The notes under the pieces: model-generated
Told to the model about the DNA's origin: nothing
Seen by the model: the letters and a program-made list of their open reading frames with translations, nothing else
Databases searched by the model: none
Shown: piece after piece, positions 27,087 through 30,463 of the stretch
Layout of the letters: the number at the start of each line of letters is the position of its first letter
How positions within the stretch are numbered: position 1 is the first letter of the stretch
Made by a program: the position numbers and the translations under genes
Source of the DNA: an uncultured Myxococcales bacterium
GTDB lineage: Bacteria; Myxococcota; UBA4151
Assembly (NCBI GenBank): GCA_964013405.1
Contig: CAXGWI010000027.1
Coordinates: 1 to 30,463 of the forward strand
Length of the DNA stretch: 30,463 nucleotides
Direction of reading: 5' to 3'

Positions 27087-29036
27087 ATGTCGGCTCATCG
27101 CACTGCTCTTCTCGCCCTCTGTGCCCTCGTTTCTCTCGCCTGTGTACCGGCTGATGACAACGGCAACGGCAATGGCAACGGTAACGGCACCCCGCCGCCC
27201 CGGGCCGATGCGGGCCCAGGCCAACCCCCGGAAACTGATGCCGGTGTGACCCCAAGTCAGGATGCGGGCAATCAGCCTGCCGCTGATGCGGGGAATGCGA
27301 ATCCGGACCCGATCTGCGGCAACAACATCGTCGAAGGCGATGAAGAATGCGATGATGGTAATCTCCAAGATGGCGACGGCTGTTCGGCCGATTGCTTAGA
27401 AGAAGAAGAAGATCCCATCGAAGTGAGCGATGAAGGCGAACTGGCCCTGGGTGACCCCCAAGACCGGGAACTGGCCGCCGGCATCATCCATGGCTTCACC
27501 GTTAACCTGACCGAGGCCGGGGCATACGCCTTTGGAACCCGTTCGGATCGGGACACAAAATGCGAGCTCCATAGCGACGGTGGGGCCATTGCCGATGACG
27601 ACGACTCGGGCGAAGGGACGAACTGCCGCATCGAGATCCTCGTCGACGCTGGAACCTACGAGTTGCGCGTCCGTCTCTACAGCGACAACACCGCAGAGGG
27701 TCCCTACACCGCCTACGCGGAACGCCTAGAAGGCACGGTGTGTGGCGATGGCGAGGTTCAACCGGGTGAGTACTGCGACGATAATAACCAGGTCGATGGT
27801 GACGGCTGCAGCCGCCTCTGCCAGCGGGAGCCCTTGGAGGATCTCCACGGGAACTCGAAGGAAGAGGCCACGGCCATCACCCTGGGGAGCCAGACGGCCG
27901 GCCTCATGGACGAAGGGGACGAAGATTGGTTCGCCATCGAATTGCCCGGCCGGGCTGTGATCCGATTCCACACCACGGGTGACGGACGGGCGAACTGCTT
28001 CCTCCACGACGAGGACTCCAGCCGGGCTAGCGACTACGGCCAAGGGGAAGAAGGGCACTGCGACACCACGATCGGTGTCCAGCCAGAAGGCACCTTCTAC
28101 CTGCGCCTGGCACCTCGCTTTGGGGCCGAGCCAGGACCGTACACCCTCCACATCGAGGGCATGCCAGGACCGGTCTGCGGTGATGGTGAGATGGAGCATT
28201 GGGAGCAATGTGACGACGGCAACCAAAACGACGGGGACGGCTGCAGTGCGGACTGCGAGGGCGAGGATCCCCACGGCAACACCCAAGAGGCAGCCACGAA
28301 CTACACCCTCGGGGAACAGGTCAACAGCGGCATCGACTTTGCTGGCGACGAGGATTGGTTCCATTTCCAAACCGCTGACGGGGGCCTCCACGAGCTCGGA
28401 ACGGGCACGGTCGAGGGAAGCCCCACCACCGACACCCGCTGCTATCTACTGGATGCCGACGGCACGGTGGTGGCCGACAATGATGACGGCCGCCGAGATG
28501 GAGACCTCGGTGCGAGCACCAACTGCTTTATCGAAACAGATCTCGAAGCGAACCGAACCTACTACCTGCAAGTTCGTCACTTCCGCGATACGGGCACGGG
28601 CCCCTACTGGGTGATGGGGCGTCGTATCGCCGATGCGGTCTGCGGGAACGGTGAGCTGGAGCGAGGCGAACAATGCGACGATGGCAATGCCGATCCCGGC
28701 GATGGCTGCGACGCAACCTGCCTCAACGAAGCCCAAGATATCGAGGTTGGCGCCGAGGTGGAAGCAGCCATCGATGTCGGTGGAGAAGAAGACGTCTACA
28801 GCTTCGTGGCACCGGCCGATGGAAACTATACGGTCTCCACCAGCGGTGACAACGACACCAGATGCTGGCTCGACGACGCTCAAGGCCACCAGATCAACTA
28901 CAATGATGATGGTGGCGAGGGATTCAACTGTAGTCTGACTGAAGAACTGGCAGCAGGCGCAACGTATCGGATTCGAGTCAACTTCTTTCGCGCCGGACTC
29001 ACCGGCCCCTATACCCTGCGGGTGACCGCAGAGTAG
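27087..29036 (+). CDS. Lipoprotein with four alternating [DUF4215 repeat + PPC-like beta-sandwich] modules
   Basis: GGAGG RBS; lipobox SLA-C. Four CG[DN]...CDDxN...DGC units, each followed by a roughly 100-aa domain (D.DWF.F, DTxCxL, NDDxG..xNC, GTY.LRV, GPY.L). Confidence 0.85.
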   Translation: MSAHRTALLALCALVSLACVPADDNGNGNGNGNGTPPPRADAGPGQPPETDAGVTPSQDAGNQPAADAGNANPDPICGNNIVEGDEECDDGNLQDGDGCSADCLEEEEDPIEVSDEGELALGDPQDRELAAGIIHGFTVNLTEAGAYAFGTRSDRDTKCELHSDGGAIADDDDSGEGTNCRIEILVDAGTYELRVRLYSDNTAEGPYTAYAERLEGTVCGDGEVQPGEYCDDNNQVDGDGCSRLCQREPLEDLHGNSKEEATAITLGSQTAGLMDEGDEDWFAIELPGRAVIRFHTTGDGRANCFLHDEDSSRASDYGQGEEGHCDTTIGVQPEGTFYLRLAPRFGAEPGPYTLHIEGMPGPVCGDGEMEHWEQCDDGNQNDGDGCSADCEGEDPHGNTQEAATNYTLGEQVNSGIDFAGDEDWFHFQTADGGLHELGTGTVEGSPTTDTRCYLLDADGTVVADNDDGRRDGDLGASTNCFIETDLEANRTYYLQVRHFRDTGTGPYWVMGRRIADAVCGNGELERGEQCDDGNADPGDGCDATCLNEAQDIEVGAEVEAAIDVGGEEDVYSFVAPADGNYTVSTSGDNDTRCWLDDAQGHQINYNDDGGEGFNCSLTEELAAGATYRIRVNFFRAGLTGPYTLRVTAE

Positions 29037-29054
29037 CGGAACAACAGGTCGACG

Positions 29055-29089
29055 GAACGGGGGGCTTCGGCCTCCCGTTCTATTTTTTT
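29055..29089 (+). terminator. Intrinsic (Rho-independent) terminator
   Basis: GAACGGGGGGC-TTCG-GCCTCCCGTTC forms an 11-bp stem (one G-U pair) with a cUUCGg tetraloop, followed by TATTTTTTT, 18 nt after the stop at 29036. Confidence 0.9.
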
Positions 29090-29113
29090 CGGGGGCCCTG
29101 TATCCAAGCCACC

Positions 29114-30298
29114 ATGGATAGCGAACATTGGCTTCTCGACCCCCAGGTCACTTTCTTGAATCACGGCAGTTTTGGTGCCTGTCCCCGTCGCGTCCTTGAG
29201 ACGCAACAGCGCTGGCAGCGCGTGCTCGAGCGGGAGCCCATCGAGTTCTTCCTCAACCGCCTTCCCCCTCTCCTCGAAGAGGTTCGAGACACCCTTGCGC
29301 CGGTCATGGGCGCAAAGGCTGAAGATCTCGCTTTGGTGTCGAATGCCACAAGTGGGATCAATACGGTCCTCCGTAGTCTCGATCTCGCACCCGGTGACGA
29401 ATTGTTAGGCATCAGCCAAACCTATGGTGCCTGCCGCAGCGCACTCGATTGGGTCGCTGAGCGAGCAGGGGCCCAGGTCCGTTATGCCCAGTTGCCCTGG
29501 CCCGTCGACGATCCAGAGCAGATCACGGCAGCGATTTTGGCCGCGGCGAGACCGAACACTCGACTGGCGCTCGTGGACCATGTCACCAGTCCGACGGGCC
29601 TCGTCCTCCCCATCAAAGCCATCGTTGATGGTCTGCGGGAACGTGGGATCGAAACCCTCGTCGACGGTGCCCACGGTCTCGGCATGATCTCCCTCGACCT
29701 CGATGGCTTGGGCGCAGCCTACTACACCAGCAATGCCCACAAATGGCTTTGCACGCCCAAAGGCTCGGCCGTGCTGCACGTGCGTAAAGATCTGCAGGAT
29801 GGGATCAAGCCCCTTCACCTGAGTCACGGCATCGGCTGGAAGGGCCCGGCCTATGACAGCCCCTTTCGCATGGCTTTCGACTGGACCGGCACCGACGACC
29901 CCACCCCATGGCTTTGTATTCCCGAAGCCCTGCGCTTCCTCAGTGGTCTCGTCGATGGCGGTCTAGAAGCCCTGATGGCCCGAAACCGGGATCTGGCCTT
30001 GGCCGGTCGCCGGCTCCTCTGCGACCGCCTGGGGCTTGCGGCCCCAGCACCAGAAGCGATGATCGCCAGCCTTGCGGCGATCGAATTGCCGGAAGATGAC
30101 TACCAGCCCACCCAGCCGGACGATTTCGGCCCTCTCTATCATTGGCTGGCCACCAGCCGTCTCATCCAGGTGCCCATCTTTCCTTTCCCGGCACCACCAC
30201 GACGCATTCTCCGCATTTCGGCCCAGTATTATAATGACTTGGGTGATTATGAGAGGCTGGCCGATGCCCTCGACGAGCACGGTTTCCAATCCCGCTAA
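29114..30298 (+). CDS. Class V PLP-dependent enzyme (isopenicillin-N-epimerase / cysteine desulfhydrase / Egt2-like)
   Basis: Motifs FLNHGSFGACP, DHVTSPTG, VDGAH, YTSNAHKWLCTPKG (PLP lysine), FDWTGTDD and RISAQYYN. Confidence 0.9.
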   Translation: MDSEHWLLDPQVTFLNHGSFGACPRRVLETQQRWQRVLEREPIEFFLNRLPPLLEEVRDTLAPVMGAKAEDLALVSNATSGINTVLRSLDLAPGDELLGISQTYGACRSALDWVAERAGAQVRYAQLPWPVDDPEQITAAILAAARPNTRLALVDHVTSPTGLVLPIKAIVDGLRERGIETLVDGAHGLGMISLDLDGLGAAYYTSNAHKWLCTPKGSAVLHVRKDLQDGIKPLHLSHGIGWKGPAYDSPFRMAFDWTGTDDPTPWLCIPEALRFLSGLVDGGLEALMARNRDLALAGRRLLCDRLGLAAPAPEAMIASLAAIELPEDDYQPTQPDDFGPLYHWLATSRLIQVPIFPFPAPPRRILRISAQYYNDLGDYERLADALDEHGFQSR

Positions 30299-30425
30299 AT
30301 TCGCTGAATATCAGAAAAGGCTTGAGAAATCGCCCCGGTAGCCTTGTCGGTCCTGTGCAGCCCGGCTAGCTTCTCACCCGCCGTCGGCCATTTGTCATCA
30401 ACTCGCCGACAACAGAAAGGTTCCC

Positions 30426-30463
30426 ATGAAGAAATTATTAGTTCCATGTCTCGCGATCGCTTT
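30426..30463 (+). CDS. Start of a probable secreted protein (truncated by window end)
   Basis: AGAAAGG RBS, then ATG at 30426 giving MKKLLVPCLAIA, a signal-peptide-like start. Confidence 0.55.
   Translation, partial: MKKLLVPCLAIA

Noticed and set aside
27158..27187. GGCAAC-type hexamer run as a phase-variation tract
   Set aside because: The run is imperfect and its unit is a multiple of three, so slippage would change linker length only and not the reading frame.
29114..30298. Beta-lactam biosynthesis inferred from isopenicillin-N-epimerase similarity
   Set aside because: This class V PLP family is widespread, and no pcbAB, pcbC or cef genes are nearby in the window.
30344..30372. TTGTCG-17-TAGCTT promoter-like element before the gene at 30426
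   Set aside because: Only a partial consensus match; plausible but not supportable from sequence alone.

Overview
GC-rich bacterial window, most consistent with a Myxococcota-like deltaproteobacterium (inferred from Myxococcus cysteine-rich DUF4215 repeats, an IgGFc-binding lipoprotein and an FHA-GGDEF protein). In order it holds: a minus-strand amine/aldehyde catabolic operon (aldehyde dehydrogenase, Fe-alcohol dehydrogenase, and a GcvT-family FAD oxidoreductase that runs off the left edge and is missing from the ORF track); a MepA-like endopeptidase; several large, modular, Cys-rich lipoproteins; a four-gene TatT-associated TRAP (TPAT) transporter with enlarged, acid-tailed membrane subunits; map; an FHA protein with a degenerate GGDEF domain; a Lon-N-domain protein; and a class V PLP enzyme. 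The most unusual region is 22102-24045. It reads as a decayed operon with overlapping stop/start codons: a C-terminal remnant resembling a COG1964/Tes-like radical SAM enzyme, two intact Gly-rich putative lipoproteins, and an Lgt-like pseudogene. I saw no rRNA, tRNA, CRISPR array, transposase, integrase or reverse transcriptase. All family assignments come from motif recognition by eye, not from database searches.
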